A stretch of 64,000 nucleotides of DNA from Bdellovibrionales bacterium (GTDB lineage Bacteria > Bdellovibrionota > Bdellovibrionia > Bdellovibrionales > UBA1609). A program made the position numbers and the translations under genes. The stretch covers positions 968-64,967 of the forward strand of contig JBFWON010000005.1 in the NCBI GenBank assembly GCA_050250515.1, given 5' to 3'. The notes beneath the pieces were generated by a model. It saw only the letters and a program-made list of their open reading frames with translations. It made no database searches and was not told the DNA's origin. This document shows positions 8,584-20,137 of the stretch, piece by piece. The stretch's first letter is position 1, and every line of letters begins with the position of its first letter.

Positions 8584-10650
8584 ATGGCGCTTCAAATCGA
8601 CACAGACATACAGTTTATCAAAGGGGTTGGCCCAAAGTTGGGCGATCTCTTTCGGCGCCGGGGCATCTTGCGGGTTCAAGAGCTGTTGGAGTTCTATCCC
8701 AGGACATACGAGGATCGGCGCGCCGTGCGCCAGATCCAGTCCTTAGTCCCGGACCAGCTGGTGAGTTTGAAAGCCAATGTGCTTCGCGTTCGCTCGATCA
8801 ATATGGGACGCTCAAAACGAAAACTGTACGAGATTGTGATTAGTGATTCCTCCGGTCGAATTTCGTGCAAGTTTTTTCGCCTGCCTTATCGTGGCTACCT
8901 GGAGCGATTTCAGCCCAACCAGGAAGTCCGCGTAATTGGTAGAGTCTTGCTTTATCGCGGCAGCAAAGAGTTTCACCATCCTGAGATCCATCCCATAGTG
9001 GAGGGCGAAGAGGCTGAAAATGATCTGATGCCGATCTACACCGAGATCGAGGGACTCAATACCCAACGAATTTCCCGATTGATCCAATCCGTGATTGGAT
9101 TGCCGATCCCGGACCTGCTGCCAGTATGGATTCGTGAGAAATACCAGCTTTTGGGTTTAGGCGAATCTCTTCGCCAGGTCCACGATCCGCCCTTAGAAGA
9201 AGCGGATCTTTTTTTAAATTACAAATCACCGGCGCAACGACGAATTATTTTTGACGAATTTTTTTGGATTGAAATGCACTTGGCCCTTAAGCGGGCGGGC
9301 ATCGAGCGTGAGAAGGCTGAGCCCGTGCGATCGGATGGAGTGTGGGCGGATAAGCTAGAAAAAAGTCTTGAGTTCGAGCTGACCGCGGCCCAAAAACGAA
9401 CTCTATCTGAAATTGTTGAGGACTTGCGAGAGCCCCATCCTATGCATCGCCTGGTGCAAGGGGATGTGGGCAGCGGGAAAACCATGGTGGCTTTTATGGC
9501 CGCGGCCCATGTGGCGGAGGCGGGGCAGCAGGCGGCTCTGATGGTGCCTACGGAAATTTTGGCCGAGCAACATTTTGCCAACGCCGTCCGAAGGCTGGCG
9601 CCCTTGGGCATCAAGGTGGCGCTACTCACAAGCCAAACCAAAACAAAAGAAAGAAATCAGATCTTAGAGGATTTGAAATCGGGAGCTTTGCACTTAGTGA
9701 TTGGCACCCATGCCCTGATCCAGGGGGATGTGGAGTTCGCCCATTTGAATCTGGTGATTGTCGACGAGCAACATCGCTTTGGAGTGGAGCAAAGACATAA
9801 GTTGAAAAACAAGGGATTGTCGCCTCACTTTCTGGTGATGACGGCGACTCCGATTCCCCGAACTTTGGCGATGACGGTTTACGGGGACCTTGATGTTTCA
9901 GTCATAGATGAATTGCCTAAGGGCCGAATTCCCATCGTCACCCGCAAAACGTTTCAAAGTAAACGCGCACTCGTTATGGGATTTGTACGGGATCAATTGA
10001 AAGAGGGTCGGCAGGCCTACATCGTTTACCCTCTTGTGGAAGAAAGCGAGAAGCTTGAGCTGAAGAATGCGCAGGAAGAATTTGAGCGCATCCAGGCGGA
10101 CTTTCCCGACTATCAAGTCGGACTTCTGCACGGCCGCATGAAGGCCGTCGAAAAAGACGAAATCATGAATCGATTCCGTCGTGGGGAACTTCATATTCTT
10201 GTGGCTACGACGGTGATCGAGGTTGGTGTGGATGTACCGAACGCCAATATTATGGTGATCGAGCATGCCGAGCGTTTTGGTCTTTCACAACTGCACCAGT
10301 TGCGGGGGCGGGTCGGCCGAGGATCTTACAAGAGTTATTGCATTTTAGTTTTGGGTTATGCGCTTTCGGAGGAGGCCAGTCAGCGGGCCGACATTATGGA
10401 GCGCACCAACGACGGCTTTAAAATTGCCGAAGCGGATTTGGAAATGCGTGGCCCCGGCGAGTTTCTTGGTACCAAGCAAAGTGGGCTGCCCGGCTTCAAA
10501 ATGGCGAATCTTGTAAGGGACGTTGCGATCTTACAGCAGGCTCGGGACGCGGCTTTTTTTCTGATCAAAAAAGATCCCTTACTCCAGGCCGCCGAAAACC
10601 AGGCCCTTCGTCAGAGACTGGATGAAGTCATGAAGACTTGGGTTGGTTGA
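8584..10650 (+). CDS. recG: ATP-dependent DNA helicase RecG
   Basis: 688 aa. N-terminal IQFIKGVGPKLGDLF, wedge domain, helicase motifs GDVGSGKT, DEQHRFG, TATPIPRT and QLRGRVGRG. Confidence 0.92.
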   Translation: MALQIDTDIQFIKGVGPKLGDLFRRRGILRVQELLEFYPRTYEDRRAVRQIQSLVPDQLVSLKANVLRVRSINMGRSKRKLYEIVISDSSGRISCKFFRLPYRGYLERFQPNQEVRVIGRVLLYRGSKEFHHPEIHPIVEGEEAENDLMPIYTEIEGLNTQRISRLIQSVIGLPIPDLLPVWIREKYQLLGLGESLRQVHDPPLEEADLFLNYKSPAQRRIIFDEFFWIEMHLALKRAGIEREKAEPVRSDGVWADKLEKSLEFELTAAQKRTLSEIVEDLREPHPMHRLVQGDVGSGKTMVAFMAAAHVAEAGQQAALMVPTEILAEQHFANAVRRLAPLGIKVALLTSQTKTKERNQILEDLKSGALHLVIGTHALIQGDVEFAHLNLVIVDEQHRFGVEQRHKLKNKGLSPHFLVMTATPIPRTLAMTVYGDLDVSVIDELPKGRIPIVTRKTFQSKRALVMGFVRDQLKEGRQAYIVYPLVEESEKLELKNAQEEFERIQADFPDYQVGLLHGRMKAVEKDEIMNRFRRGELHILVATTVIEVGVDVPNANIMVIEHAERFGLSQLHQLRGRVGRGSYKSYCILVLGYALSEEASQRADIMERTNDGFKIAEADLEMRGPGEFLGTKQSGLPGFKMANLVRDVAILQQARDAAFFLIKKDPLLQAAENQALRQRLDEVMKTWVG

Positions 10651-10872
10651 CGCAACTCGCTGAATGCGCTTTGCCTATCAAACATTTTCCGAATAAATAA
10701 TAGTATTGAAGAATCCTCCCAACCCGCGGGTGTGAGTTGTGAAATTTTTTCACGCGCGGTGACGAAAATTGTGAATTTGCCCTCACCTCAATTGATTATA
10801 CGTGTCAAAAATGATAAACATCCTTCTCTCGTGGGGACACCCCTTTCGAAAAATTGGTTGGAGGCGCGTCAT

Positions 10873-11361
10873 ATGGTTTCATTCAAGGTCGGCGACAATG
10901 CGGTCTATCCGGGTCACGGAGTTGGGAAGGTCACGGCCATCGAGACCAAAGAGATTCTAGGAACAGAACATACTTTTTACAGCATCAACATCCTGGAATC
11001 GGGGATGAAGATTATGGTTCCCAAGAATCGCGTTGAGTCTGTGGGCCTTCGTCCCATCATCTCGAAGGAAGAGGCGGCAAAAGTTATCGAAATTCTGCGT
11101 GAAACGGACGTCAAGATCGACAATCAGACCTGGAACCGCCGGTATCGTGAATACATGGAGAAGATCAAGACTGGGTCGGTCTACCAGATCGCGGAAGTTT
11201 TACGCGATTTGTTCCTGTTGAAGGTGGAGAAAGAGTTAAGCTTTGGCGAACGTAAGATGCTCGACAATGCGCGTGGACTTCTTTTGAGTGAACTGTCACT
11301 GGCCACCGGGACTGAGGCTTTAAAAGCCCAGGATGAAGTCCGGGCCATTTTCAATCTGTAA
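10873..11361 (+). CDS. cdnL: CarD/CdnL-family RNA-polymerase-binding regulator
   Basis: FKVGDNAVYPGHGVGKVTAIETKEILG...FYSINIL is the CarD_CdnL_TRCF domain. I took the start at ATG 10873, which sits behind GGAGG (10858-10862). The track N-extension is unlikely. Confidence 0.85.
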   Translation: MVSFKVGDNAVYPGHGVGKVTAIETKEILGTEHTFYSINILESGMKIMVPKNRVESVGLRPIISKEEAAKVIEILRETDVKIDNQTWNRRYREYMEKIKTGSVYQIAEVLRDLFLLKVEKELSFGERKMLDNARGLLLSELSLATGTEALKAQDEVRAIFNL

Positions 11362-11399
11362 AAATCATTGTAGGATGCTCCATTTAAAGGAATCTAAAG

Positions 11400-12875
11400 A
11401 TGGACGCATCCCCCGTTCGAGTTCGATTTGCCCCTTCCCCGACTGGTTATTTGCATGTCGGTGGGGCCCGCACAGCTCTCTATAATTATCTATTCGCCAA
11501 GCGACATGGCGGTCAGTTCATTCTACGAATTGAAGACACGGATGAAGCGCGTAGTACCGATGAGTCGATGCGAATGCAGATCAACGATCTGAGATGGCTT
11601 GGGCTCAATTGGGATGAGGGCCCTAATGCAGAGACTTTGGTGGACGAAGGCCCTTACGGTCCGTACCGACAGAGTCGAAGACAAGATATTTACAAAAAAC
11701 TCGCCGATCAGCTGATCAACGAGGGCAAAGCCTACTTTTGTTTTCTGACCGATCAAGAGATTGAGGCTCAGCGAGCCGAGGCCACCAAAGCGGGCCGCCC
11801 CCCACAAGTGAATTCGCCCTATCGAGATTGGCCATTGGAAAAAGCCAAAGAACGAATAGCGAAAGGCGATAAAGGAGTGGTTCGCTATAAGGTTCAAGAG
11901 AAACGCGACTACGTTTTGCAGGACTTAGTGCGCGGGGAAGTGCGTTTTCCCAGTGATATGGTGGGCGACTTTGTTTTGCTAAGATCTAGTGGAATGCCGG
12001 TTTATAATTTTTGTTGTGCAATTGACGATGCCTTGATGAAGATCACGCACGTCTTTCGCGCCGAAGAACATTTGAGCAACACGCTAAGGCAGATGATGCT
12101 TTATGAGGCCTTCGGCTACGAAATTCCGCAATTTGGTCATCTTTCGATTATTCTGGGCGGTGACCGGCAAAAGCTCTCTAAACGGCATGGGGCCACTAGT
12201 TGTCATGAGTACAATCTGAATGGCTACCTCCCCGAGGCCCTAAACAATTTCATTGCGTTATTGGGGTGGAGCTCGCCGGCCGGCCAAGAAATTCTTTCGA
12301 TAAAAGAAATGGTCGATCAGTTTAGTCCAGATCGTCTGCATGCGGCCCCCGCTGTGTTTGATGAGCAGAAGCTTCTTTGGGTGAATGCCACCCATTTGCG
12401 AGAACTGCCTGAAACGGAACTCTGGCGCCGGGTGGAACCCTTTTTAGTCAGTGCGGGATTGAAATTGCCCACCGACAACGAGTGGCGAATTCGAGCGTTG
12501 CAGGTTTTTAAAACCAGCATGAACACTCTTCGCGATGCCATTGAGCTATTCAGACCATTGGGCGAAGACGCGCTCGAGTTAGGGGCTGAAGCCGCCGATG
12601 CGCTCACGTGGCCCAGCACGGGACCGGTTGTTGAGGCGTGGCGCTCTGGAATTGAGAAGTCAGGCCGGGATTATCTGAGCGAGGAGGAGTTCCTACGCCT
12701 GCAAGATAAAATCAAAGACGACCTAAACGTTAAAGGCAAGCACCTCTTCCAACCCATTCGTGTGGCGGTCATTGGAAAACCGCAGGGAACCGAGCTAAAA
12801 ATGTTAGTTCCCTTGCTCCACAAGAAAACGTTGGTGGCGCGGGCGACGCAAGTTTTGAATCATATGAAGGGGTAA
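11400..12875 (+). CDS. gltX: glutamate--tRNA ligase
   Basis: 491 aa. RVRFAPSPTGYLHVGGARTALYNY (HIGH region) and KLSKRHG (KMSKS). Confidence 0.92.
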   Translation: MDASPVRVRFAPSPTGYLHVGGARTALYNYLFAKRHGGQFILRIEDTDEARSTDESMRMQINDLRWLGLNWDEGPNAETLVDEGPYGPYRQSRRQDIYKKLADQLINEGKAYFCFLTDQEIEAQRAEATKAGRPPQVNSPYRDWPLEKAKERIAKGDKGVVRYKVQEKRDYVLQDLVRGEVRFPSDMVGDFVLLRSSGMPVYNFCCAIDDALMKITHVFRAEEHLSNTLRQMMLYEAFGYEIPQFGHLSIILGGDRQKLSKRHGATSCHEYNLNGYLPEALNNFIALLGWSSPAGQEILSIKEMVDQFSPDRLHAAPAVFDEQKLLWVNATHLRELPETELWRRVEPFLVSAGLKLPTDNEWRIRALQVFKTSMNTLRDAIELFRPLGEDALELGAEAADALTWPSTGPVVEAWRSGIEKSGRDYLSEEEFLRLQDKIKDDLNVKGKHLFQPIRVAVIGKPQGTELKMLVPLLHKKTLVARATQVLNHMKG

Positions 12876-12878
12876 TCC

Positions 12879-14339
12879 GTGGGGATTGTACTATACAATT
12901 CAGAGACGCATAAAAAAGAAAACTTTGAACCTCTAAACCCTGGCGAGTTGAAGCTTTATGTCTGCGGACCTACCGTTTATGACCTTTTGCACGTCGGGAA
13001 TTTTCGGGGTGCCATTTTATTCAATTTGGTTCGTAACTGGTTTGAGCACCGCGGGTATAAGGTGACTTACGTCTACAATTACACCGACGTCGACGACAAG
13101 ATTATCGATCGTGCGAAAAAAGACGGAGTCTCAGCCCAAGAAATCGCGACCCGCTACGTTCAAGAGTTTGAAAAAGACTACGGCAACCTTAAACTCAAGA
13201 AGCATACGCACAATCCCAAGGTAACGGAATTTATGAATCCCATCATTCAGTTCGTCAGCGAATTGGTGGAAAAAGGGCATGCTTACGTGGTGGAGGGGGA
13301 TGTTTACTTTGATGTTCACTCCATCAAAAATTACGGACGACTCTCTCACAAGAATCTTGAAGAGCTGGAGTCAGGCGTTCGAATCGATGTGGATGCTCGG
13401 AAGAAGCATCCAGCCGACTTTGCCCTCTGGAAAAAGTCCAAGCCAGAGGAACCCTCGTGGACCTCGCCGTGGGGCGAAGGTCGACCCGGGTGGCATATTG
13501 AGTGCTCGGCCATGGCTCGCGGCCTATTGGGTGATCAAATCGATATTCATGGTGGGGGGTTGGATCTGCTCTTCCCACACCATGAGAATGAAGTGGCACA
13601 GTCTGAGGGCGCCACTGGCAAACGCTTTGTGCGCTACTGGATGCACAACAATATGCTGAATTTTGGTTCCCAAAAGATGTCAAAATCTTTAGGAAATGTG
13701 CGAACGGCTAGATCGTTTATGCAAGAGTACCATCCGGAAATCTTGAAGTACATGATGCTATCAGCTCACTATCGAAGCGTTTTGGATTTTTCCCCGGCTC
13801 AGGTCGAGAACGTGATCTCGGCGTTGGCGCGGATTTATTCGGCCCTGGCGTTGGCGGAGCAGGTCACGACAAAAAAAGATGTCAAGGACGAGGCCGCGCC
13901 GGCCGATTTTATGAAGGTGATCGAGCAGGCGAAATCAGGGGTAGAAAAAGCCCTTGATGACGACTTCAATACGCCGGGAGCTCTGGCGAATTTATTCGAC
14001 GTCATTCGATCCTTTAACAATCAAGTTCGAACACCTGGCGCGGTGAATCCTAAGAAGAAGGCCATCGCGACTGAATTTTTGAAGTTCAGTGGCTGGCTCG
14101 GCAGTCTTATGAGTCTATTTGCGGAGCCACCTTCGGGATTTTTGCACTTTTTGGATGACATGCTTTTGGCCAAAAAATCGCTCAAGCGGGATGAGATCGA
14201 CCGAATTGTGCAAGAAAGAAGCGCGGCCCGCGCGTCAAAGGATTTTGCCAAGTCCGATCAGTTGCGTGATCAATTGGTGCAAATGGGTATAGCCGTTCAG
14301 GATGGACCGTCTGGCAGTGAGTGGGAAGTCGCTAAGTGA
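12879..14339 (+). CDS. cysS: cysteine--tRNA ligase
   Basis: 486 aa. [29 protein letters not shown] and KMSKSLGN motifs. GTG start. Confidence 0.92.
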   Translation: MGIVLYNSETHKKENFEPLNPGELKLYVCGPTVYDLLHVGNFRGAILFNLVRNWFEHRGYKVTYVYNYTDVDDKIIDRAKKDGVSAQEIATRYVQEFEKDYGNLKLKKHTHNPKVTEFMNPIIQFVSELVEKGHAYVVEGDVYFDVHSIKNYGRLSHKNLEELESGVRIDVDARKKHPADFALWKKSKPEEPSWTSPWGEGRPGWHIECSAMARGLLGDQIDIHGGGLDLLFPHHENEVAQSEGATGKRFVRYWMHNNMLNFGSQKMSKSLGNVRTARSFMQEYHPEILKYMMLSAHYRSVLDFSPAQVENVISALARIYSALALAEQVTTKKDVKDEAAPADFMKVIEQAKSGVEKALDDDFNTPGALANLFDVIRSFNNQVRTPGAVNPKKKAIATEFLKFSGWLGSLMSLFAEPPSGFLHFLDDMLLAKKSLKRDEIDRIVQERSAARASKDFAKSDQLRDQLVQMGIAVQDGPSGSEWEVAK

Positions 14340-16426
14340 GTTCAGAGGCTAAGGGTCGCTTTCAGTTGGTGTCGAACTTTCGACCGGCCGGCGATCAACC
14401 GAAGGCGATTCACAACCTTATTGAAAATTTTGAAAGAGGCTTGAAACACCAAACTCTTTTAGGGGTCACAGGCTCGGGTAAGACTTTTACCATGGCGCAG
14501 ACGATTGCCGCCCTGAACTTGCCGACCCTGATTTTAGCCCCCAACAAAACCTTGGCGGCTCAGCTCTTTGCTGAATTTAAGGAGCTCTTTCCGCACAACG
14601 CGGTCGAATACTTTGTCAGTTACTACGACTACTATCAGCCGGAGGCCTATATCCCCTCCACCGATACCTTTATTGAGAAGGATTCGGCGATTAATGAACA
14701 AATCGATCGAATGCGCCACTCGGCCACGCGCTCTTTGTTTGATCGGCGTGACGTCATTATCGTGAGTAGCGTGTCTTGCATTTATGGCCTGGGCAGTCCT
14801 GAAGCTTATGAAGGCATGATGGTACACATTGTGTCCAATAAAGAGGTCAGACGGGATGTGTTTTTGCGCGAACTTGTGCGCATTATGTATTCGCGCAATG
14901 ACATCGATTTTCATCGGGGCACCTTTCGGGTGCGAGGAGATGTGGTCGAAATTTTTCCACCCTATGAAGAGGATCGAGCCATTCGAGTCGAATTTTTTGG
15001 TGATTTCATCGACAAGTTGGCGTGGATTGATCCTTTAAGGGGTCGAATTTTAGAAGAACTGGATCAAATTGCCGTCTATCCCGGAAGTCACTATATCAGC
15101 ACCGATGAGCGAAACCGAGTGGCAGTGGAAACCATTCGGGAAGAGTTAAGAGATCGCATCAGCTATTATCAAAAAGAAATCCGACCCTTAGAAAAAGAGA
15201 GGATCGAACAGCGCACGAGCTACGATTTAGAAATGATTCAAGAAATGGGAACCTGCCCGGGGATTGAAAACTACTCCCGCCATTTTACCGGCCGAGCACC
15301 AGGCGAGCCTCCTCCCACTTTGATTGAGTACTTTCCCGATTCCTTTTTGACCTTTATTGATGAGAGTCATGTCACAGTTCCACAGATTGGTGGCATGTAC
15401 CGCGGCGATCGAGCCCGCAAAATGAACTTGGTGGAGCATGGATTTCGCCTGCCCTCGGCATTGGACAATCGCCCGTTGAATTTTCAGGAATTTGAAATGC
15501 TAGTCAACAAAGTGGTCTATGTGTCGGCCACTCCTGGCGAATACGAACTTAAGAAGAGTGAAGGAATGGTGGTGGAGCAAATCATTCGTCCGACCGGCTT
15601 GATTGACCCGGAGGTCGTTGTGCGCCCTGTGCGCCACCAGGTGGATGATCTTCTGCAGGAGATTCGCGAGCGAGCCAAAAAGAAAGAAAGAGTTTTGATC
15701 ACCACGTTGACCAAACGCTCGGCCGAGGACTTAACGACTTACTATGAAAGCTTGGGGGTGAAAGTCAAATATCTCCATAGTGACATCGTCACCTTGGAAC
15801 GAATGGATTTGATTCGAGATTTGCGCTTAGGTATTTTTGACGTCTTGGTAGGTATCAACTTGTTGCGCGAAGGCTTAGATATACCCGAGGTCTCACTCGT
15901 GGCCATCACCGACGCGGACAAAGAGGGTTTTCTAAGGTCCGAACGATCCTTGATCCAAACGATTGGACGGGCGGCGCGGAATGTGAATGGTCGCGTGATC
16001 CTGTACGCCGATCGCATGACGGAATCGATGAAAAAGGCCATTGGCGAAACCGATCGACGTCGGGCCATTCAAAAAGCCTACAACGATGAGCATGGGATCA
16101 TTCCTCAGACGATTAAGAAGCGGGTGTCCGAGGGGCTGACCGATCTCTACGGCATGGAGGTCATTCGCCGAGATTCGAAAAATAAGGCGACGGTCCTTCG
16201 AGATAAACTTTCGGCCTATGCGGAAAATCCGAACCAGTTGACCGCACAGATATTGAAACTGAGAAAACAGATGAAAAAGGCTTCCGATAAGCTAGAGTTT
16301 GAGGAGGCCGCACGCTTACGAGATGAGATCAAGCGTCTTGAAGTTTTGGATCTGTCGCTAAGATCGGGATCCGTTGACCAAGAATACCTAGCGGCGGCCG
16401 AGGGAAGTGGCCGAAATGAGTCTTGA
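14336..16426 (+). CDS. uvrB: excinuclease ABC subunit B
   Basis: 696 aa. [10 protein letters not shown], the [10 protein letters not shown] beta-hairpin region and a C-terminal UVR domain ([14 protein letters not shown]). The start overlaps the cysS stop. Confidence 0.95.
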   Translation: MSSEAKGRFQLVSNFRPAGDQPKAIHNLIENFERGLKHQTLLGVTGSGKTFTMAQTIAALNLPTLILAPNKTLAAQLFAEFKELFPHNAVEYFVSYYDYYQPEAYIPSTDTFIEKDSAINEQIDRMRHSATRSLFDRRDVIIVSSVSCIYGLGSPEAYEGMMVHIVSNKEVRRDVFLRELVRIMYSRNDIDFHRGTFRVRGDVVEIFPPYEEDRAIRVEFFGDFIDKLAWIDPLRGRILEELDQIAVYPGSHYISTDERNRVAVETIREELRDRISYYQKEIRPLEKERIEQRTSYDLEMIQEMGTCPGIENYSRHFTGRAPGEPPPTLIEYFPDSFLTFIDESHVTVPQIGGMYRGDRARKMNLVEHGFRLPSALDNRPLNFQEFEMLVNKVVYVSATPGEYELKKSEGMVVEQIIRPTGLIDPEVVVRPVRHQVDDLLQEIRERAKKKERVLITTLTKRSAEDLTTYYESLGVKVKYLHSDIVTLERMDLIRDLRLGIFDVLVGINLLREGLDIPEVSLVAITDADKEGFLRSERSLIQTIGRAARNVNGRVILYADRMTESMKKAIGETDRRRAIQKAYNDEHGIIPQTIKKRVSEGLTDLYGMEVIRRDSKNKATVLRDKLSAYAENPNQLTAQILKLRKQMKKASDKLEFEEAARLRDEIKRLEVLDLSLRSGSVDQEYLAAAEGSGRNES

Positions 16427-18284
16427 GAATCTAAAGCCTTTAGTCGCCGAATTTCCGACCACGCCCGGTGTCTATTTAATGAAAAACGACAAGGGTAAAG
16501 TCGTTTATGTCGGAAAGGCGAAGAATCTTCGCGCTCGGGTGCGAACCTATCTTGGGTCCCTGAGTGATCAGTCACTAAAAACGAAGTACCTGATGGGTCA
16601 TGTGGTCTCGATCGAGTACATATTGACCAAAACGGAGGTCGAAGCCTTCTTGCTCGAGGCTTCGCTGATCAAGAAGCATAGGCCCCGCTACAATATTCGG
16701 CTTAAGGACGACAAAGCTTATCCATATATTAGGTGTAGTTTTGAACACGCCTTCCCCAGGTTTTACTTGGCCCGTCGGGTCCAGGCCGATGGGGGCATCT
16801 ATTTTGGTCCTTTTTCGTCCGGGCAGACGGTTCGGGAGACCATTCGGTTTATCAACAAAACCTTTAAGATTCGCGATTGCTCGGACAGCTTTATGCAGTC
16901 GCGCAAGCGCCCTTGCATCTCCTTTCAAATCGGTCAGTGTACGGCCCCATGTGTGAAGTTTGTGGATGAGCCCTCTTACCGGCAAGATGTTGAATCCGCT
17001 TTGCAATTTCTAAAAGGGCGAAGCACCAAGGTGTTGAAGTCGCTCAATACAAAAATGAAGTCCGCCGCCGAAGGCGAAATGTTTGAACAGGCGGCTAAGC
17101 TTCGGGACTCGATTCAGGCTATCGAGCGCATCTGGGAGCGGCAGACCGTGGTCTCGACCAAGAAAGACTATGATTTGGATGTGATAGCCTTTTGTGGTGA
17201 GGCCCGCGGGACCCTTATCGAAACTTTGCACGTGCGCGGCGGGCGGGTGATTGGTTCTCGTCCTCATTTTATGAACCGTTTTGATTGCACGGCCGAGGGC
17301 GAGGAAGTCAAAGACTGGCTGACCTCCTTTTTGAATCAGTATTACACGGACAATATGATCCCGGATGAGTTGATTTTGCCGGTGGATCTCGGTGCCGACA
17401 TGATTAAGCTTTTGCATGCCGTCTTTGTTGAGCGCCAGGGAAAGAAAGCCAAGGTCACGGTGGCCACGGGAACCGAGGGTAAGAAGCTTTTGGACCTAGC
17501 AATGACCAATGCAAAAAGCCATTTGAAGGATTCACTCTCGAAAGCGGATCGGCAGATTCAAGGACTGGAGCAGATTCAGCAGAAGTTCGGTCTTAAGGAG
17601 CCCCCTCGGCGGATTGAGTGTTTCGATATTTCGAACTTCCAAGGGGCAGAGAATGTCGCGTCTCAAGTGGTTTTTGAGGAGGGACTTCCGGCCAAAGACC
17701 ATTACCGTCGCTATAAGATCAAAACTGTCGAAGGGGCCAATGATTTTGCCTCGATGAAAGAGGTTTTGGCCCGCCGGTTTGGTCATGAAGAATACGACGA
17801 TCCCGATTTGATTGTGATCGACGGCGGCAAAGGCCAACTCAATATGGTGGTGGAAGTTTTAAAAGAGATTGGCCGCGGCGACGTTCCGGTGGTGGGCTTG
17901 GCGAAAGCGCGGACGATCGGAACTTTTGAGGATCGCGAGGTGGAGAGTACTGCCGAAAGATTTTTTCTGCCAGGTCGACAAAATCCCGTCACCTTTCCTG
18001 CGACATCGGAAGCCTTACAAATACTGGTTGGAATTCGGGATGAGGCACATCGCTTTGCGATCACCTATCATCGGAAGCTCAGGGAGAATGCCTCGCTTTC
18101 AAGTGTTCTCGATTCCATTACGGGCTTGGGTGAAAAGCGCAAACAGGCTCTATTGAAGCATTTTTCTGGCGTAGATGAGATTCGCCAAGCGGACTTATCG
18201 GATCTGTCACAGATTCGTGGAATGAACCGAGTGATCGCGGAGAGAGTGTTAGTCCATCTGAAACAGTTGGATAAGGAGGAGTGA
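16407..18284 (+). CDS. uvrC: excinuclease ABC subunit C
   Basis: 625 aa. GIY-YIG N-terminus (GVYLMKN...[14 protein letters not shown]), a UVR domain, an Endo-V-like domain and a C-terminal HhH. Overlaps the uvrB end by 20 nt. Confidence 0.93.
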   Translation: MAEMSLENLKPLVAEFPTTPGVYLMKNDKGKVVYVGKAKNLRARVRTYLGSLSDQSLKTKYLMGHVVSIEYILTKTEVEAFLLEASLIKKHRPRYNIRLKDDKAYPYIRCSFEHAFPRFYLARRVQADGGIYFGPFSSGQTVRETIRFINKTFKIRDCSDSFMQSRKRPCISFQIGQCTAPCVKFVDEPSYRQDVESALQFLKGRSTKVLKSLNTKMKSAAEGEMFEQAAKLRDSIQAIERIWERQTVVSTKKDYDLDVIAFCGEARGTLIETLHVRGGRVIGSRPHFMNRFDCTAEGEEVKDWLTSFLNQYYTDNMIPDELILPVDLGADMIKLLHAVFVERQGKKAKVTVATGTEGKKLLDLAMTNAKSHLKDSLSKADRQIQGLEQIQQKFGLKEPPRRIECFDISNFQGAENVASQVVFEEGLPAKDHYRRYKIKTVEGANDFASMKEVLARRFGHEEYDDPDLIVIDGGKGQLNMVVEVLKEIGRGDVPVVGLAKARTIGTFEDREVESTAERFFLPGRQNPVTFPATSEALQILVGIRDEAHRFAITYHRKLRENASLSSVLDSITGLGEKRKQALLKHFSGVDEIRQADLSDLSQIRGMNRVIAERVLVHLKQLDKEE

Positions 18285-18358
18285 ACGAAGGCGAACAATT
18301 ATCGCCGGTAGTCCACAATTGACTCGCCGCCAACCTCACTTTGCGCCGCAGCTTTCCA

Positions 18359-18387
18359 TTGCAAAAACATAACTCGCTCCCTAGAAT
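18359..18387 (+). promoter_or_regulatory. sigma70-type promoter candidate for the TolQ-like cluster
   Basis: TTGCAA (18359-18364), a 17-nt spacer, then TAGAAT (18382-18387), 55 nt upstream of ATG 18443. A transcript starting near 18394 would begin with AUCCCCU, which is complementary to the SD region AGGGGAU (18434-18440). Confidence 0.4.
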
Positions 18388-18442
18388 TTTGTAATCCCCT
18401 GGAAGGATCTGGGGGTGCTCATGGACCCAAAGGAGGGGATCG

Positions 18443-19120
18443 ATGAATATCTTTCAGGCATTCCGTGAAGGTGGACCCTTCATGTTCGTCATATTAGCTT
18501 TTGGTTTGTTTACGGTCGCCTTTATCGTCGAGAGATATGTGAGTCTGTTTCTTCGACTCAAACCGATCTCCAATCAATGGATCACCAACGTTCGTGAGTT
18601 TATTGTTCGGGGTGAATTCGCTAGAGCCGAAGAAGTGGCCAGCCAAGCAAAAAATCCGCTGACTCCCATTATCGTCAAGGGGTTGCAGGTTCTGCAAAGA
18701 GGCGCCGGCGAAGAAGAAGTTCAGGCTCGCATGGATGAAGAACTCAGCCGCTCTATCAATAATATTGACCGCCGAACCGGGTTTCTTTCGATGTTTGGTA
18801 ATGTGGCCACGCTGGTCGGACTGCTTGGAACGATCGTCGGTATGATTCACTCTTTTGCGGCTGTGGCACAAGCCAACCCGATGGATCGGGCGACTCTTCT
18901 GAGTAAAGGTATTTCCGAAGCGATGAACTGTACGGCCTTCGGTTTGATCGTGGCTGTCCCTGCGTTGGTCACTTTCGCCATCTATCAGAATAAGACCGAC
19001 CAGATCGTCAACGATCTGACGCAAAAAACCTCTGAGCTTTACCATGATTTGATTTTCTTTTTTGATCGAGGAGAGACTCCCTCGCGCGCACGAACCAATC
19101 GGCCTGAGGCCAACGCGTAG
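18443..19120 (+). CDS. MotA/TolQ/ExbB-family proton channel (AglR-like)
   Basis: 225 aa. Three TM segments. The motif GFLSMFGNVATLVGLLGTIVGMI...EAMNCTAFGLIVAVPAL is typical of TolQ/ExbB. Confidence 0.85.
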   Translation: MNIFQAFREGGPFMFVILAFGLFTVAFIVERYVSLFLRLKPISNQWITNVREFIVRGEFARAEEVASQAKNPLTPIIVKGLQVLQRGAGEEEVQARMDEELSRSINNIDRRTGFLSMFGNVATLVGLLGTIVGMIHSFAAVAQANPMDRATLLSKGISEAMNCTAFGLIVAVPALVTFAIYQNKTDQIVNDLTQKTSELYHDLIFFFDRGETPSRARTNRPEANA

Positions 19121-19122
19121 TC

Positions 19123-19614
19123 ATGGCTGGGGGGGCAGGCGGCGCGATTCATTCTGGGCGACATCGGTCGCTAGATGGGGAAATCAATCTGGTTCCCTTT
19201 ATCGACTTGCTGTCGATGTGCATCTGCTTTTTGTTGATGACGGCCATTTGGATCGAGGTTGGATCGATTCAGTTGCACCAACTCTTCGGTTCGGAGGGCA
19301 TGGATAACTCTCATCCTGTCGAGGTCGAGATTCAGATGAAGGCGGCGGGCGACTACCGCATTTCTCTCGAGCAGGCGGGCAAAGTGGTCCAAGCCATGGA
19401 ACTGAAAACGGACGACAAAATGACGGCGCAGGCCCGCGTGAGCCAGTTTATGGCTCTGGTGCAGGGCTGGTTGCTGAAAAATGCCAGCGATGTGCAGGTT
19501 TCGGCTCGGGTGATACCGGGGACGGACGTGAAATACGGAGAAATGGTGTCGGTGCTCGACATCTTAAGAGGATACGGAGTTTCGGCTTTGGCCGTTGTGC
19601 CAGTGAGGAACTAA
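19123..19614 (+). CDS. ExbD/TolR-family protein 1 (AglQ/S-like)
   Basis: 163 aa. INLVPFIDLLSMCICFLLMT is a TM helix with the conserved Asp. 2-nt gap to the upstream gene. Confidence 0.75.
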   Translation: MAGGAGGAIHSGRHRSLDGEINLVPFIDLLSMCICFLLMTAIWIEVGSIQLHQLFGSEGMDNSHPVEVEIQMKAAGDYRISLEQAGKVVQAMELKTDDKMTAQARVSQFMALVQGWLLKNASDVQVSARVIPGTDVKYGEMVSVLDILRGYGVSALAVVPVRN

Positions 19615-19615
19615 A

Positions 19616-20137
19616 ATGATACTGAATTCTCATCTTAAGCCCACACTTTTTGCCAAGCGGCTTGTGGCGCGTGAACATCAGAGCAAGAAGCATAAGCGGG
19701 TCATGGTGACCGGGCTCATGTTGACCTCAATGGTGGACATGTTTTCGCTACTGGTGATTTTTCTTCTACAGAACTTTTCGAATTCGCCGGAGGTCATGGC
19801 AATCAGTCAAAACCTGGTGCTGCCTTCCGCCATATCGGCCGCCGCACCTATTGATGCCCCGTTGGTCACGGTCAATGCAGACGAAGTTCTGGTCGATAGC
19901 AAGCCAATGGGGTCTACGAAAACTATAATTTCCAAGCCTCAGGCCTTGATCGACTCCCTTGAAGATATGAAGAAATCATTTGCCAAGAGTCATCCCGGCG
20001 AACCTTTTAAAGGTGATATTCATCTGCAGGCGGACCAAGGGCTTTCGAGTGTGTTTATCTCTCAGTTGGTGGGGATTTTGAATACCTACGGTTACTCGTC
20101 CGTGCACTTAGCTGTGGTCAATGGGGGCGGTCGATGA
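19616..20137 (+). CDS. ExbD/TolR-family protein 2 (AglQ/S-like)
   Basis: 173 aa. LMLTSMVDMFSLLVIFLL is a TM helix with the conserved Asp. 1-nt gap to the upstream gene. Confidence 0.75.
   Translation: MILNSHLKPTLFAKRLVAREHQSKKHKRVMVTGLMLTSMVDMFSLLVIFLLQNFSNSPEVMAISQNLVLPSAISAAAPIDAPLVTVNADEVLVDSKPMGSTKTIISKPQALIDSLEDMKKSFAKSHPGEPFKGDIHLQADQGLSSVFISQLVGILNTYGYSSVHLAVVNGGGR

Noticed and set aside
10735-10760. CRP/FNR-like palindrome TGTGAAATTTTTTCAC upstream of cdnL
   Set aside because: The half-site spacing is 7 rather than 6 nt and there is only a single occurrence. This is not enough to call a binding site.
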